DNA of 64,000 bases from Gemmatimonadales bacterium (GCA_035519195.1 DATIWU010000089.1:3649-67648), one strand, 5' to 3'. Counted from the first letter of the stretch, positions 27,187 to 38,157 are shown. Notes: generated by a model not told the origin, from the sequence alone. Program-made: numbers and translations.

Positions 27187-29027
27187 CTCATCTCCCGGCC
27201 TCCTTCAAGCGCTTCACGGATTTCGCCGGCGGCCGCGATCGCGTGATCGACGTCGCGCGATAGTGCGCGGGCCTGCGCGGTCGCATGCGTGAGATCTCCC
27301 AGCACCGCATCCACACCCGCGGACCGTAACCGCAGCAGGTCGAATCGAACGTTTTGCATCGCCAAGCCGCACGATTCGAGCTGCTCCTCGACCTGTCGCC
27401 GGCGCGTGATGAGGTCCACGAGCGCCTGCCGCTGCCGGCGCAGCAGCTCGAGCTGGCGCGCGACCTCCGGCTCGGATGACTGGCGCTCGGCCGCGGCGAT
27501 CTTTTCATCGAGCCGCGCCACGGCGCCTGCTTCAACTCCGGTCCCCATAGTGTGCAGCACACGCGCGAGCTCTTCCGCCCGTTTGGCCAGCGCTTGGATC
27601 GTCGCATCGATGTCGGGAAGCATCCGCCGCTCCGAGGGCGGCAGGGCGTCCACGATACGACGGATGGCGGTGCGGTCGCGGCGCACCTGCTCGATAATGT
27701 CCGCGTGAACACCAAATTCGTCTGTCGTCGCTTGCGGGAGTGCTCCGGGTGGCGAGCCCCGCGGCTGAATCGCGTCGGCTGCCGGAGGACGCGCCAGAAC
27801 GTCTCTCCAGGAGTACCCGGCGTGCCATAACCGGACATAGCGGGGCACGAGCGAGAACGCCGCCAGCGCGCCCGAAACGGTCAGGAGCGCGCCGTGCATG
27901 TGGCTGCCGGTGACGAGATCAAACACGAGAAGCCCGCCCGTGATCGAAGCCCAGCGGACGAAGCTCGCGCGGGTTTCGCGCACCGCCCGCGGTTCGCCGG
28001 ACGTGTCCTGCAGACTCGCTCCGGTTTCGTCGCGTGCCCGGTTCCGCTCCCTGCGCCGCGGCCCCCGCCCCCGGGTACGGGGACGCCGTTCGCCTGCCGC
28101 GACCGGACGAGGTGCCGGGGGAGGGGCGATCGCAGCGGCCCGTGACTGCGCCCGAGGCAGACTCGCACTTCGAGCTTCGAGCGCGCGCCGCAGCGCATCG
28201 GCGGTGGGCCAGCGGTCTTCCGGGTCTTTCTCGAGACAGCGCATGATGGCCGCTCCGAGATCCTCGGGGCAGTCCACCCGCTTGGTCGTGATGAGCGGGG
28301 CGGGCTCCATGATCTGCTTCATGAGCACCCCGGGCACGGTTGGCGCGCGAAACGGCAGCTCACCAACGATCGCCTGGTACGCGACAATCCCGAGACTGTA
28401 GACGTCGGAGCGACCGTCGATCTCGCGGTCGCCCGCTGCCTGCTCGGGGCTCATGTAATGCGGCGTGCCGATGGCCACGCCGGTCCCCGTGAGCGTCGCG
28501 CCGCCGGTGGTCGAAGAGAGCGCCTTCGCGATTCCGAAGTCCGTGACCACGACCCGGCCGCGGCTCCCCTCGAGCAAGATGTTGTCGGGTTTCACATCGC
28601 GATGGATAATGCCGACGCTGTGGGCCGCCGCGAGCGCGTCCGCTGTCTCGCCCATGACGCGACGAACTTCTTCGGGCGGCAGCCGCCCGCGCCGGCGCAA
28701 CTTCGCGGACAGCGGCTCGCCATCGATGTAGGCCATCACGAAGTAGACGAGTCCGTCCGGCGATTGGCCAACCGAGAAAATGGGAACGATGTGCGGGTGG
28801 GAAAGCCGGGCCGCGGTCTGCGCCTCGCGGAGAAACCGCGTGCGGATCTCTTCCCGAAATCCGAGCTCCGGTGGTAGTACCTTGATGGCGACGGTCCGCT
28901 TGAGCAGCTCGTCGCGCGCGCTATAGACGACGCCCATGCCACCGCGCCCGATTTCGTGGTCGACGGTGTATGCGGAACCGAGCGCTCGGGTGAGACGCTC
29001 GGAAAGCGCCTGATCCGCTTCGTTCAT
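27183..29027 (-). CDS. Ser/Thr protein kinase with Arg/Pro-rich linker, hydrophobic segment(s) and C-terminal helical domain
   Basis: Hanks kinase motifs are present: [31 protein letters not shown] and GTPHYMSPE. Confidence 0.9.
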   Translation of the reverse strand: MNEADQALSERLTRALGSAYTVDHEIGRGGMGVVYSARDELLKRTVAIKVLPPELGFREEIRTRFLREAQTAARLSHPHIVPIFSVGQSPDGLVYFVMAYIDGEPLSAKLRRRGRLPPEEVRRVMGETADALAAAHSVGIIHRDVKPDNILLEGSRGRVVVTDFGIAKALSSTTGGATLTGTGVAIGTPHYMSPEQAAGDREIDGRSDVYSLGIVAYQAIVGELPFRAPTVPGVLMKQIMEPAPLITTKRVDCPEDLGAAIMRCLEKDPEDRWPTADALRRALEARSASLPRAQSRAAAIAPPPAPRPVAAGERRPRTRGRGPRRRERNRARDETGASLQDTSGEPRAVRETRASFVRWASITGGLLVFDLVTGSHMHGALLTVSGALAAFSLVPRYVRLWHAGYSWRDVLARPPAADAIQPRGSPPGALPQATTDEFGVHADIIEQVRRDRTAIRRIVDALPPSERRMLPDIDATIQALAKRAEELARVLHTMGTGVEAGAVARLDEKIAAAERQSSEPEVARQLELLRRQRQALVDLITRRRQVEEQLESCGLAMQNVRFDLLRLRSAGVDAVLGDLTHATAQARALSRDVDHAIAAAGEIREALEGGREMS

Positions 29028-29147
29028 GCGTGCCCTCTGATCGAGGGCGCGCGCCTATGGGTTGCCATGCAAACGGCCTCCGCGGCAGGACGTTGCCGAT
29101 TTGGCGGTGCAAAGGGAACATAACCCGTCATTGCTGCGCTTTTCTAA

Positions 29148-29163
29148 TGGCATACCGGATGCT
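29148..29163 (+). promoter_or_regulatory. Sigma-54-like -24/-12 element TGGCAT-N5-ATGCT upstream of lon
   Basis: GG (29149-50) and GC (29161-62) have the canonical spacing of TGGCAC-N5-TTGCW. It lies about 63 nt upstream of the lon ATG. Confidence 0.3.
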
Positions 29164-29225
29164 CATCCGGGCGGTGGGTGAAAGCGGTTCCACCGATTTC
29201 CAGAATGAGAGTGAGTGATAGCAGA

Positions 29226-31658
29226 ATGAACGAAAAACTAACGCTTCCTGTCTTGCCACTCAGGGATATGGTGCTCTTTCCGGGCGTTACGGCACCGATC
29301 GGCGCGGGACGCCCCGGTACCCTCAAAGCGGTCGAGGCGGCGCTCAAGACACCGTCGCGCCGGGTATTCGCGGTCATGCAACGCGAAAACACCGATCATG
29401 TCTCGCCCGCCGGACTCTACACCTTCGGAACCGTGGCGCGAATCGGACAGGTGCAGCGGGGGCTGAACGGTATTCAGATGTCCCTGCACGGCGACGTGCG
29501 CGCCTCGGCGGTGCAGTATCGCGAGACGAATGGCTTCATCGAAGCCGATGTGCGCGAAGTGGCCGAGATGCCGCCGCTCAACGGGGACGACCCCGCGTTT
29601 GTCGCGCTGTACCGCGAGACGCGGCAGCGGGCCGCTGAGGTGGGGGAGAAGTCGGGTTTGCCTGAGGAAGTCGTCAAAGAAATCCTCGAAGGCGTGACCG
29701 ACCCCGGCCGGTTCGCGGATCTTGTCGCGGGGCACATCGAGGCCAAACCGGCGGAGCGCCAGGCGTTGCTCGAGACGCTCTCGGTGGAAGATCGGTTGCG
29801 CCGGGTGCTCGTTCACGTCCAGCGCCAGATCGCGGTGCTCGACGCTCAGGAGCAGATCAAGTCCCAGGTGCAGGAGGAGCTGGGTGAGCGTCAGCGTGAG
29901 ATGCTCTTGCGCGAGCAGCTCAAGGCGATTCACAAAGAGCTCGGGGAGGAGGACGAAGCGAGCGAGGCGGAGGAGCTGCGTGCGCGATTCGAGAAACTCG
30001 ATCTTCCCGAGGCGGCCAGAAAAGAGGTGGAACGGGAGTTGTCCCGCTTGGAGCGGGCCAATCGCGATTCCATGGAGGCGCAAGTCATCCGGACGTATCT
30101 CGAGACCATGGCCGAGCTCCCCTGGAACACGCGCGCCGAGGAGTCGCTGGACTTGAAGCGGGCGGCGGAAATTCTCGAAGAGGATCACTTCGGTCTGAAG
30201 GACGTGAAAGACCAGGTGCTCGAGTTCCTCGCGGTCCGGCAGCTCCGGCAGCAGGGCACGCCGTCGGCCGTGCCGGGGAATGACGACGACCACGAATCGA
30301 AGGGGCACATCCTGTTGTTCGTCGGCCCCCCGGGTGTCGGCAAGACTTCGATTGCGAAATCCATCGCTCGCGCGATGGGGCGGCCGTACGTCCGAATCTC
30401 GCTGGGCGGTGCGCGCGACGAAGCCGATATCCGTGGCCACCGGCGCACGTATGTCGGCGCCATGCCCGGCCGGATCATTCAGGGCATGAAGCAGGCGGGC
30501 GTGAAGAATCCCGTCTTCCTGCTCGACGAGGTCGACAAGCTGGGGATTTCCTTCCAGGGTGATCCCGCGGCTGCCCTGCTCGAGGTGCTCGACCCGGCTC
30601 AGAACGACTCGTTCACCGATCATTATCTCGGAGTGCCGTTCGACCTGTCGGAGGTGCTGTTCGTCGCAACGGCGAACTTCCTGCAGTCGATTCCCGGGCC
30701 GCTGCTCGACCGTCTCGAGACGGTGAACTTTGCGGGATATACGGGTCAGGAGAAGCTCGAGATCGCCAAACGCTATCTTGTGCCGCGGCAGCTCCGTGAG
30801 AATGGGCTGACCGCCGAGCAGCTCGCGATTACCGAGGAGGCGATCAACGAGCTCACGGCGAGCTACACGCGTGAGGCGGGCGTTCGTCAGCTCGAGCGGG
30901 AAATCGGGAAGCTCTGCCGCAAGGTGGCACGCCAGATTGCAGGCGGGGCAACCGAGCGGGTAGTCGTCGACGCCAAGGACATCCACAGCCTCGTGGGCCG
31001 GCCCAAGGTTCACCCCGAGCGGAAAGCGCGCGAGGACCAGACCGGCGTCGCAACCGGCATGTACTACACGCCGGTCGGCGGCGACATCATGTTCGTCGAG
31101 GCCAGCGTGACGCGTGGCAAAGGTGAACTGCTGCTCACGGGTCAGCTCGGGGACGTGATGAAGGAATCCGCGCGGGCGGCGTTGACGTACGCCAAGTCGC
31201 ATGCCGAGCAGCTCGGCATTCCCGCGGACGCGTTCAAGGGGACCGACGTGCATGTCCACGTGCCCGCGGGCGCGATTCCCAAGGACGGCCCGTCGGCCGG
31301 CGTGACGATGGCGACCGCGCTCGTATCCGCGTTGTCGCAGCGGCCCGCGCGGCACGATATCGCGATGACCGGTGAAGTGACGCTGCGCGGTCGGGTGCTC
31401 CCGATCGGTGGAGTCAAGGAGAAGGTGCTGGGAGCCGTGCGCGCGGGGATTCACGAGATCATCCTGCCACGGGAGAACGAGGCAGACTTGGAAGATCTCC
31501 CCGAGGACGTGCGTGCGACCGTGAAGGTGCATTTGGCCGAAGAGCTCGGCGAGGTGCTGTCGCTCGCCCTGCGCGGCGCGCGGTTCGAGGCCGGACAGCT
31601 CCTGTTCGAGCAGGTGAAGGCGGGAATCGAGCCGGGCTTGGTCGTGAAGCAGAACTAG
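29226..31658 (+). CDS. lon: ATP-dependent Lon protease
   Basis: N-terminal LON domain ([14 protein letters not shown]), Walker [10 protein letters not shown] and protease site [15 protein letters not shown] are present. ATG 29226 is preferred over the track start 29178. Confidence 0.95.
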   Translation: MNEKLTLPVLPLRDMVLFPGVTAPIGAGRPGTLKAVEAALKTPSRRVFAVMQRENTDHVSPAGLYTFGTVARIGQVQRGLNGIQMSLHGDVRASAVQYRETNGFIEADVREVAEMPPLNGDDPAFVALYRETRQRAAEVGEKSGLPEEVVKEILEGVTDPGRFADLVAGHIEAKPAERQALLETLSVEDRLRRVLVHVQRQIAVLDAQEQIKSQVQEELGERQREMLLREQLKAIHKELGEEDEASEAEELRARFEKLDLPEAARKEVERELSRLERANRDSMEAQVIRTYLETMAELPWNTRAEESLDLKRAAEILEEDHFGLKDVKDQVLEFLAVRQLRQQGTPSAVPGNDDDHESKGHILLFVGPPGVGKTSIAKSIARAMGRPYVRISLGGARDEADIRGHRRTYVGAMPGRIIQGMKQAGVKNPVFLLDEVDKLGISFQGDPAAALLEVLDPAQNDSFTDHYLGVPFDLSEVLFVATANFLQSIPGPLLDRLETVNFAGYTGQEKLEIAKRYLVPRQLRENGLTAEQLAITEEAINELTASYTREAGVRQLEREIGKLCRKVARQIAGGATERVVVDAKDIHSLVGRPKVHPERKAREDQTGVATGMYYTPVGGDIMFVEASVTRGKGELLLTGQLGDVMKESARAALTYAKSHAEQLGIPADAFKGTDVHVHVPAGAIPKDGPSAGVTMATALVSALSQRPARHDIAMTGEVTLRGRVLPIGGVKEKVLGAVRAGIHEIILPRENEADLEDLPEDVRATVKVHLAEELGEVLSLALRGARFEAGQLLFEQVKAGIEPGLVVKQN

Positions 31659-31676
31659 GTTTCAGGGCTGGACATG

Positions 31677-31711
31677 CCGCCCCGCCGGTAGCAAGCTGCC
31701 GCGCGGGGCGG
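31677..31711 (+). terminator. Hairpin CCGCCCCGC-N17-GCGGGGCGG after lon (intrinsic terminator candidate)
   Basis: A perfect 9-bp GC stem lies 19 nt after the lon stop. It is followed by TACTGTCTTCGGCTTC, a modest U content. Confidence 0.4.
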
Positions 31712-31727
31712 TACTGTCTTCGGCTTC

Positions 31728-34637
31728 ATGGTTCCCTCTCGGACCTGGTTGGTCTTGGCGCTGGCCCTTCTCTCGGCTCCGCTTTCGGCTCAATCGGACA
31801 GTGTGACGCCACCGCGCGACAGCGGTGGCATCGTCATCGATTCCTCTGTTTTTCATGATCTGCCCATAACCACCGCGCGGCAGGCATTCAACCTGGAGCC
31901 CGGTGTAATCGAGACCGGAGCGGCGGAGGGCGTGTCGCTCCGGGGCAGCGCACCCGGTGCGGTCGAGTACTACGTGGATGGCGCTCCGACCAGGAACGGC
32001 CAGCACGGCGGGCAGGATCTGATCGTGGGCACGAATGCCATCCGACGAGCGCTGCTGCAGGCGGGACCACTCGACGCGCGCTCCGCGGGGGCCACGGGCG
32101 GAGCGATTTCGTACCTCACGCGCACGGCTGCGGCGCAGTGGCATGGAGCGCTCGAGTATCGTAGCGATGCCGTAGGCTCGCTGTGGGACAACGTCGGGCT
32201 CAACCGCATCGCAGCCAGCGTGGGAGGGCCGATGTTCGGCAGCCTCGGCCTGACCAGTTCACTGGTGCTGAGCGGCCAGCCGTCGCTTGAGACGGAAAAG
32301 GATCGTGATGCCCAGGCGCCTGTGTACACCACGGCGGGGAGCGATACGATGGTGCACCAGCCGAGGACAGTGGGGGACCCGCTGACCGACACGATGGTCA
32401 TCGCAGTCCCGAAGTTCGCGCGATCCATGGGGAGCTGCGATGCGGCAGCGAATGCGGGGGTAAGTTGTCAGGGCATCCGCGTCCCGAACACGGTCCAGAG
32501 CTACTACGCGTGGCAGAACCGGCTCGGTGCCGGATACGGGAACGGCTCGAGTGTGAGCGTGACGGGGCTCTTGAGCCAATTTCAGGGCCGGGATTTTCCC
32601 GGCTCGAACCTGTATAACCCAACGAATTACACGGCCACCACGATGCAAAGCGTCGCGGCAATCCTGAACTGGACCCACGCGCTCGTACAGGGTCGAGACC
32701 GAAGCGTCTCGATCAGCTCGAATTTCTCGTACCAGCGGGATGAGACGGCGTCCGGTCCGCTCACGGCGCAATCGGAGCAGGACAGCAGGTCCCCATTCGG
32801 TGGATTTGCGATCGGTCGGTTGTCCCATGTGGTCGACTTCAACACCACTCATCATGTCCAAATCGCCGACTCGAGCTATAGCAACGTTCACTACCTCGAT
32901 CCCGCACAGCTGCGTTGCCTGCAGGCCGGGGAGGGATATTGCGAGGACAATGTCGCCGCGCCGAATGACAATTCGCTCATGTCCGTGCAGCCGTATCGCA
33001 TGAACCCGTACGCGGTCGAGGAAAGCAATCGTTTCCCGCTCTGGACGTCCGGACAAGACGAAGCGCTGGATCTCTCACGTGAGTCGCGCTGGCAGGGTCG
33101 CGCCGCGATCGATTGGGCATCCCGGCAGAATGTCGCAAGCGCGGGACTCGAGGCGCGCTTCTTCGACACGGCGCGCTACGACAATCCATCCGGCATGAAT
33201 TCAGGGTTTAGTCTGAACTCCTACCAGGAGAAGCCGGTCGTGGGCGGCGCGTTTTTCCAGGACCGCCTCACCGCCGGGGAAGTGACACTGCATGCGGGAA
33301 TACGGTACGACTGGTTCAACAGCAAGGCTCGCTATCCCGCCGTGCCGGGCCGGATCTCGACCATGCCCAGGCTCCCGTCAGACAGCATCTGCAGCTCGAA
33401 TCCGACCACGTGTGTGGTGGGCACGGATCTCACGCAACCGTTCGATCCTCATGATCCCGAAGCTCGCTTTGTGGCTGCCACCACTCATCACGCTTGGAGT
33501 CCCAGGGTCGGAATAACGTGGACCGCCGGGCGACAGACATGGCTCCGCGCCGGATACGCCCAGCAAGTCCAGGTACCGGACTTTGACGTGCTGTTCGCGA
33601 ACGTGAATACGGACCTGTCGATGACGAACCGCCAAACGGTCTTTGGCCGCGACCTGGATTTCGAAAAGACGTCGATTCTCGAGATCGGAGGCGCCCATGA
33701 GATAGGCGCGACACTCATTGACGCGGCGGTATTCGACAAGCAACAGCCGTCCCAGATCACCGCGCGGGTTGTGGAGTACCCTGATCCAGGGGTGCCCATC
33801 GGTCCCAATCTCTATGACGTTACGAACTTCGTCGTGTACAGTGAACACGACGCCGGCGAGATCCTCGGGTTTGATGCACACCTCGAAACCCGCTTGACGT
33901 CTCAATCACGCGTCAGGCTGGCATATACGTACCAGCACCCGCATCAGGAGTCGTATCTACCCCATCATGCCGCCGCACTCACCGTGATTCTGAACGCCCC
34001 GGCGTCGGCCCATCTGATCGCGAACACCTCGGCATTTCTGACGTTCGCCGCCACGAGCGGCGCGCTCTATGATCCTGTGTCGCCGGTGGGAGCGGGATTC
34101 ACACTAACGAATCCCTGTCAATTCTGTGTGCTGTCCAGCGCGACCCCGGCGTCGCTCCCGTGGACCAAAAGCCTCGACCTGCGCCTTCGTCACGCCTTCT
34201 CGTTCGGCAACGTTGGGGGATTCCTGTTCGCTGAATCCACGAACCTCTTCAACTTCACCAATACCAAAAACGTGTTTGTCGAAACCGGGAATGTGACCTA
34301 TCCCGCCTACGAACAGCGATTCATCGGAGAGCAGGTCGGTCTCCTCGCCGGTGAGGCGCAGAATGCCGGGATTTTCCGGCCGGATTCGAGTGTGGATTTC
34401 CGGATGCTCGGTGGCTGCGCGAACTGGCAAGGGCGCAACAGCGGAGGATTTTCGAGCGGTCCTGTCGACTGTGTACTGATCGAACGAGCCGAACAGCGTT
34501 TTGGGAACGGCGACGGCATCTTCACGCCGAGCGAGTACCGGGCAGCGTTCGGCGCGTGGTACAATCTCGTGAACGCCCCCGCGCTGTTCTACGGCCCCGG
34601 TCGGAGAATCCGCCTTGGTGCCGAGATCGTCTTCTGA
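31728..34637 (+). CDS. TonB-dependent receptor-like outer-membrane beta-barrel protein
   Basis: Signal peptide LVLALALLSAPLSAQ, plug-like segment (ITTARQAFNLEPGVIE...VSLRGS) and a long beta-rich body ending in the aromatic terminal ...RLGAEIVF. Confidence 0.7.
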   Translation: MVPSRTWLVLALALLSAPLSAQSDSVTPPRDSGGIVIDSSVFHDLPITTARQAFNLEPGVIETGAAEGVSLRGSAPGAVEYYVDGAPTRNGQHGGQDLIVGTNAIRRALLQAGPLDARSAGATGGAISYLTRTAAAQWHGALEYRSDAVGSLWDNVGLNRIAASVGGPMFGSLGLTSSLVLSGQPSLETEKDRDAQAPVYTTAGSDTMVHQPRTVGDPLTDTMVIAVPKFARSMGSCDAAANAGVSCQGIRVPNTVQSYYAWQNRLGAGYGNGSSVSVTGLLSQFQGRDFPGSNLYNPTNYTATTMQSVAAILNWTHALVQGRDRSVSISSNFSYQRDETASGPLTAQSEQDSRSPFGGFAIGRLSHVVDFNTTHHVQIADSSYSNVHYLDPAQLRCLQAGEGYCEDNVAAPNDNSLMSVQPYRMNPYAVEESNRFPLWTSGQDEALDLSRESRWQGRAAIDWASRQNVASAGLEARFFDTARYDNPSGMNSGFSLNSYQEKPVVGGAFFQDRLTAGEVTLHAGIRYDWFNSKARYPAVPGRISTMPRLPSDSICSSNPTTCVVGTDLTQPFDPHDPEARFVAATTHHAWSPRVGITWTAGRQTWLRAGYAQQVQVPDFDVLFANVNTDLSMTNRQTVFGRDLDFEKTSILEIGGAHEIGATLIDAAVFDKQQPSQITARVVEYPDPGVPIGPNLYDVTNFVVYSEHDAGEILGFDAHLETRLTSQSRVRLAYTYQHPHQESYLPHHAAALTVILNAPASAHLIANTSAFLTFAATSGALYDPVSPVGAGFTLTNPCQFCVLSSATPASLPWTKSLDLRLRHAFSFGNVGGFLFAESTNLFNFTNTKNVFVETGNVTYPAYEQRFIGEQVGLLAGEAQNAGIFRPDSSVDFRMLGGCANWQGRNSGGFSSGPVDCVLIERAEQRFGNGDGIFTPSEYRAAFGAWYNLVNAPALFYGPGRRIRLGAEIVF

Positions 34638-34645
34638 AGCTCGGC

Positions 34646-35248
34646 TTATCGCGCCGCCACGCCCTCGACGACCAACCTGATTGCCGCATGGTTCCAGCGC
34701 CGCGCGAGGGAGTATCCGTCGACGCCTAGTGGAGCCGCGCTCACGGCGATTACCGGCTCCAACCGAACATACGCGAGCATCAACACCAAGGCCTGTGCTG
34801 CCGCCAGATGAGGGTCGATATCGTCGCGAACCTCTCCCACGCCCTGACCTTCGGCCAGGAGAATCACCAGTCGATCGATTGCCGGTCCAAACGCCCGGAC
34901 TGCTGGCGTGCTGGCTTGGGTGAGTAGCTCGACGATGGCGCGGTGGGCTTCGAAGAACCCGTACAACCCTTCCAGCAGCTGCTTCAATCGCGGCAGCACA
35001 GCGCGCCCTCCCTGGGTTGGTCGCGCCAGGAGAGCGAGCGCCCGCTCGAGGTCGTCAATACCCGCCGTGACCGTGGCCTGATACAGTCCGCGTTTGGAAT
35101 GGAAGTAGTAGAAGAGCAGCTGCTTATTGACGCCGGCCCGGAGCGCGATTCGGTCGATCCGAGCACCAGACATGCCGTGAGCTCCAAATTCCTCTCTGGC
35201 CGCGCTCAAGATACGTAACGCTCTGTTATTGCTTAGTTTCGGTCGCAC
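34646..35248 (-). CDS. TetR/AcrR family transcriptional regulator
   Basis: HTH region ILSAAREEFGAHGMSGARIDRIALRAGVNKQLLFYYFHSKRGLY. GTG 35248 is chosen because the track ORF extending to 35608 overlaps the upstream hydrolase gene. Confidence 0.82.
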   Translation of the reverse strand: MRPKLSNNRALRILSAAREEFGAHGMSGARIDRIALRAGVNKQLLFYYFHSKRGLYQATVTAGIDDLERALALLARPTQGGRAVLPRLKQLLEGLYGFFEAHRAIVELLTQASTPAVRAFGPAIDRLVILLAEGQGVGEVRDDIDPHLAAAQALVLMLAYVRLEPVIAVSAAPLGVDGYSLARRWNHAAIRLVVEGVAAR

Positions 35249-36230
35249 CAGCAGAATCCTCAACCAGATGGTTGAGGAAACTATGCTGGCGTAATACGGC
35301 CAGCGCAAGGTCTGGCGGCGGCGGAGGAACGCCGTGCTGCAGGAACTCGAGGAGCAGGTGGGTGACCGTTGCAGGCTGCTCCTCCTGAGGAAGGTGTCCA
35401 GCCTGCGCCACGGGAGCAAAGGCGACTCTCGTGAGTGCTCGGGCGAACTCCACACCGACGGCCCTGGGAATCCAGGGATCTTCGTCGCCCCAGATGACCA
35501 GGCTTGGTATCTCAATCCCGCCCAGCCGCCCTCGCAGATCATCGAAACGAAACTCTCGTAGCACCTCGCGCAGCGCTGTCCCGAATTCCCGACTCGCAAG
35601 GGGGGCATAGTACTGATCGATATCGGTTCCGGTCACCTTGTGTGGATCTGCATAGGTCGACTTGAGAATTACGGAAGTGATCCAGCGGCCGCGAAGCGCG
35701 ATCAGCGCAGGCGTCAGGCTGGAGTGAAGCAGCCGCAGCAGCCACGGGCCACGGACGGCAAGCCCCGCGGCATCGATCAGCACGAGCCCCCGGACCCGGT
35801 GCGGATAGGCGAGGGCGGCATCCGCGGCGATGGCTCCGCCCATCGAGCTGCCCACCAGGACGGCGTCACTGATCTTCAGGGAATCCATCAGCTGGATCAG
35901 CACGCGAACGTAGTCCGTGTTGCTATAGCCTGCGGGGGGTTTGTCGGAGAACCCAAATCCCTTGTTGTCGAACGCGATGACACGAAATCCAGCCGCGGCG
36001 ATCGGCGCGAGCACGTATCGCCAGGAGTACAGCGAAGACGCGAGGCCATGCAACAGGATCACCGGCGTACCACTCCCCGCATCGACATACCGCAGCGTGA
36101 GATGATCGACCGTCAGATAACGGGCCCGGAATGACGTCCCTGCGGGATAGCGTGCCGATGGAGTGATCGGCCCCGCGCGGCACGCGCCTGCGACGAGCAC
36201 TGCAAGAACACCGAATGTCGCGGGTCGCAT
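35226..36230 (-). CDS. Alpha/beta hydrolase (secreted)
   Basis: Signal peptide MRPATFGVLAVLVAGACRAG, oxyanion region ILLHGL and nucleophile elbow GSSMGG. Confidence 0.85.
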   Translation of the reverse strand: MRPATFGVLAVLVAGACRAGPITPSARYPAGTSFRARYLTVDHLTLRYVDAGSGTPVILLHGLASSLYSWRYVLAPIAAAGFRVIAFDNKGFGFSDKPPAGYSNTDYVRVLIQLMDSLKISDAVLVGSSMGGAIAADAALAYPHRVRGLVLIDAAGLAVRGPWLLRLLHSSLTPALIALRGRWITSVILKSTYADPHKVTGTDIDQYYAPLASREFGTALREVLREFRFDDLRGRLGGIEIPSLVIWGDEDPWIPRAVGVEFARALTRVAFAPVAQAGHLPQEEQPATVTHLLLEFLQHGVPPPPPDLALAVLRQHSFLNHLVEDSAGATETKQ

Positions 36231-36902
36231 TTACCCGAGCGCGTCGAGCGCGCGGTGGGCCATTGCCAGAACCGCGGGATGGGTGCTCCACATACCACTC
36301 TCTCCCGTGGCGGACTGGATGACGGTGATCACCTGGCGATCATCGATGATGAGCAGGGTTGGGAAATCCTTGGGTGCGCGCGCGGTTGCGAAGGATGCCA
36401 GGTCGTCCGCGCTGCCGCCCTCGAAGGTGGCAAGGCTCACGGATGCCTTTTCCACCGCCCGTCGCCATGCCGGGAGCGTTGCTCGCAGCAGCTCTGGAGC
36501 GATCACGCCGCGCACGGTATGTCCCGCTCGTGCCACCGCTTGCAGGATCACATTGGCGGTAGCTCGCATGCCTTCGAGCGATCGGGTTTCGGGCTCCTTC
36601 CCGTGCCCAAGCCGCAACAGTGCGTCGCCGAGCTTCTCGAGCGCCCGCCCCTGTGCGCTGGCGACCTGGGTGAGCAGCGCGTCGGGGTCGATCGGACGAT
36701 ATCGGGCGGGCTTCCCGGGGAGCTTCACCGCCGCGCCGCGGCTCACGAGTCCATCCAACGCCCCGTACGCGTTCGCGCGTGCCAGCCGTGCGGTACGCGC
36801 TACCTCATAGCCCGACACGGGCCCGGTTTCGAGCAGGACGCCATACACACGGGATTCGGTGGGCGTGAAGCCAAACGGGGTAAGGTCGAGGGAATCATCC
36901 AC
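36231..36902 (-). CDS. TrmB-like winged-HTH transcriptional regulator
   Basis: The N-terminus FGFTPTESRVYGVLLETGPVSGYEVARTARLARANAYGALDGLVSRG matches the TrmB HTH pattern. GTG start. Confidence 0.7.
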   Translation of the reverse strand: MDDSLDLTPFGFTPTESRVYGVLLETGPVSGYEVARTARLARANAYGALDGLVSRGAAVKLPGKPARYRPIDPDALLTQVASAQGRALEKLGDALLRLGHGKEPETRSLEGMRATANVILQAVARAGHTVRGVIAPELLRATLPAWRRAVEKASVSLATFEGGSADDLASFATARAPKDFPTLLIIDDRQVITVIQSATGESGMWSTHPAVLAMAHRALDALG

Positions 36903-36934
36903 GTAGTAGTATATACAACAACTACGACGCCAGC

Positions 36935-37834
36935 CTATCCTACTTCCATCGGCAGATTCATGATCCTGGCGATGAGGGCGAGGCGGAACGTAACATCGGT
37001 CTGCCGCTGCGCTGGGCTCTTGCCTGCCCCCTCGAGCGGGAAGTAATGGGCCGTCATGGGGTTAGCAGACTTTGGGATGGAACGTAAGTTCCGCGGAGAC
37101 CATACCCCCTGCTCGTTACACTCGTTGAATAGACGCGCCAGTACCTTGCTCGCGGTCGGCACCTGCCGTACCAACCCCAGACGGGCGAGCAGCTCGAGCC
37201 AGTAAAGCGCAAACGGCACATCCGTCACTCGTCCCTGGGCATCCGCATGCAGCGGGTCTCCCAGGATTTCGTAGACGGGGTCGAGGAGTTTGCTGCCCGC
37301 GAGGATGGAATAACGGCGGCGCGGGCTTGGGACCGCGAAGTACTGCCCCAACCGTTCGATGAAGCCGGCGCGCTCCCGCTGCAGCGCCGGGAGGAACGCC
37401 AGCATCTCGATGGCAAAAAACGTGGGGGGAGACGCGAGTGGCTCGAGCACCGTACTGCCCTGCGCCTTGCGGAACGGCTTCGTGGCCAGCTCGCTCCGCA
37501 GGTATTGCGAGATATCGTTGGCGATCCGGTGTGCCGCGCCGCGAAGCCGCGGATCCTCCTCGTAAACCCCGGTGCGCGCGAGCGCGGCGCTCGCGCCCTG
37601 CCGAGCCATCGAACGCGCCCACATCGCGAGACCGGGATCGTTCTTCGCGGGGCGCTGAAATTCCCCGAGCAGATTCGGATCCTCGTCGCGCGACAACAGC
37701 CGGAACAAAACGCGATCCGCGATCCGAAACGGACGCTGATCTGGCGTCCAGCCCATTTCGAGCAGGTGCCGGTACTGGAGGATGGTTCCCGGCTCGCCCG
37801 CGCCTGGACCCTTCGTCAGCCCAAGTCCAAGCAA
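36935..37834 (-). CDS. Hypothetical protein, possibly an alpha/alpha-toroid (prenyltransferase/terpene-cyclase-like repeat) fold; the true start is probably upstream (frame open to 38077)
   Basis: 299-aa TTG-initiated ORF in the track. The same frame stays open and looks coding for 81 further codons (..LPLSWLLEAASVPIQYRAYSEIL..QAESGLWSGS). Confidence 0.55.
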   Translation of the reverse strand: MLGLGLTKGPGAGEPGTILQYRHLLEMGWTPDQRPFRIADRVLFRLLSRDEDPNLLGEFQRPAKNDPGLAMWARSMARQGASAALARTGVYEEDPRLRGAAHRIANDISQYLRSELATKPFRKAQGSTVLEPLASPPTFFAIEMLAFLPALQRERAGFIERLGQYFAVPSPRRRYSILAGSKLLDPVYEILGDPLHADAQGRVTDVPFALYWLELLARLGLVRQVPTASKVLARLFNECNEQGVWSPRNLRSIPKSANPMTAHYFPLEGAGKSPAQRQTDVTFRLALIARIMNLPMEVG

Positions 37835-38157
37835 GCTGCCGCTCCAGAGGCCGCTTTCGGCCTGGCGCCGCGCAATCGCCTGCGCCGGCTTATACGCAAG
37901 ATCCGCGGTTCGCAGCTCGTCGAGCTGCGCAGCGTCCCGGTCGGTGGGCGAGAGAATCTCGGAGTAGGCCCGATATTGAATCGGGACGCTCGCGGCTTCC
38001 AGTAGCCAGGAAAGCGGGAGCCGATGGGATGTGGGGAGTTCCAGGCGCTCGCTCCGAGGTAAAAAACGGGCGCAAAGTTACCGGTATGGCAGAGATATGG
38101 CAAACACCGTCGGCGCCCTGCTGCGCAACATGCTGAATCGAAAGAGCTTGCGATCAG

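Noticed and set aside
36902-36926. Inverted repeat CGTAGT-N13-ACTACG with a TATATA-containing loop, overlapping the start of the TrmB-like gene.
   Set aside because: The stem is short (6 bp) and AU-rich, and it overlaps the start codon. It could be an operator or weak terminator, but the evidence is too thin to call.
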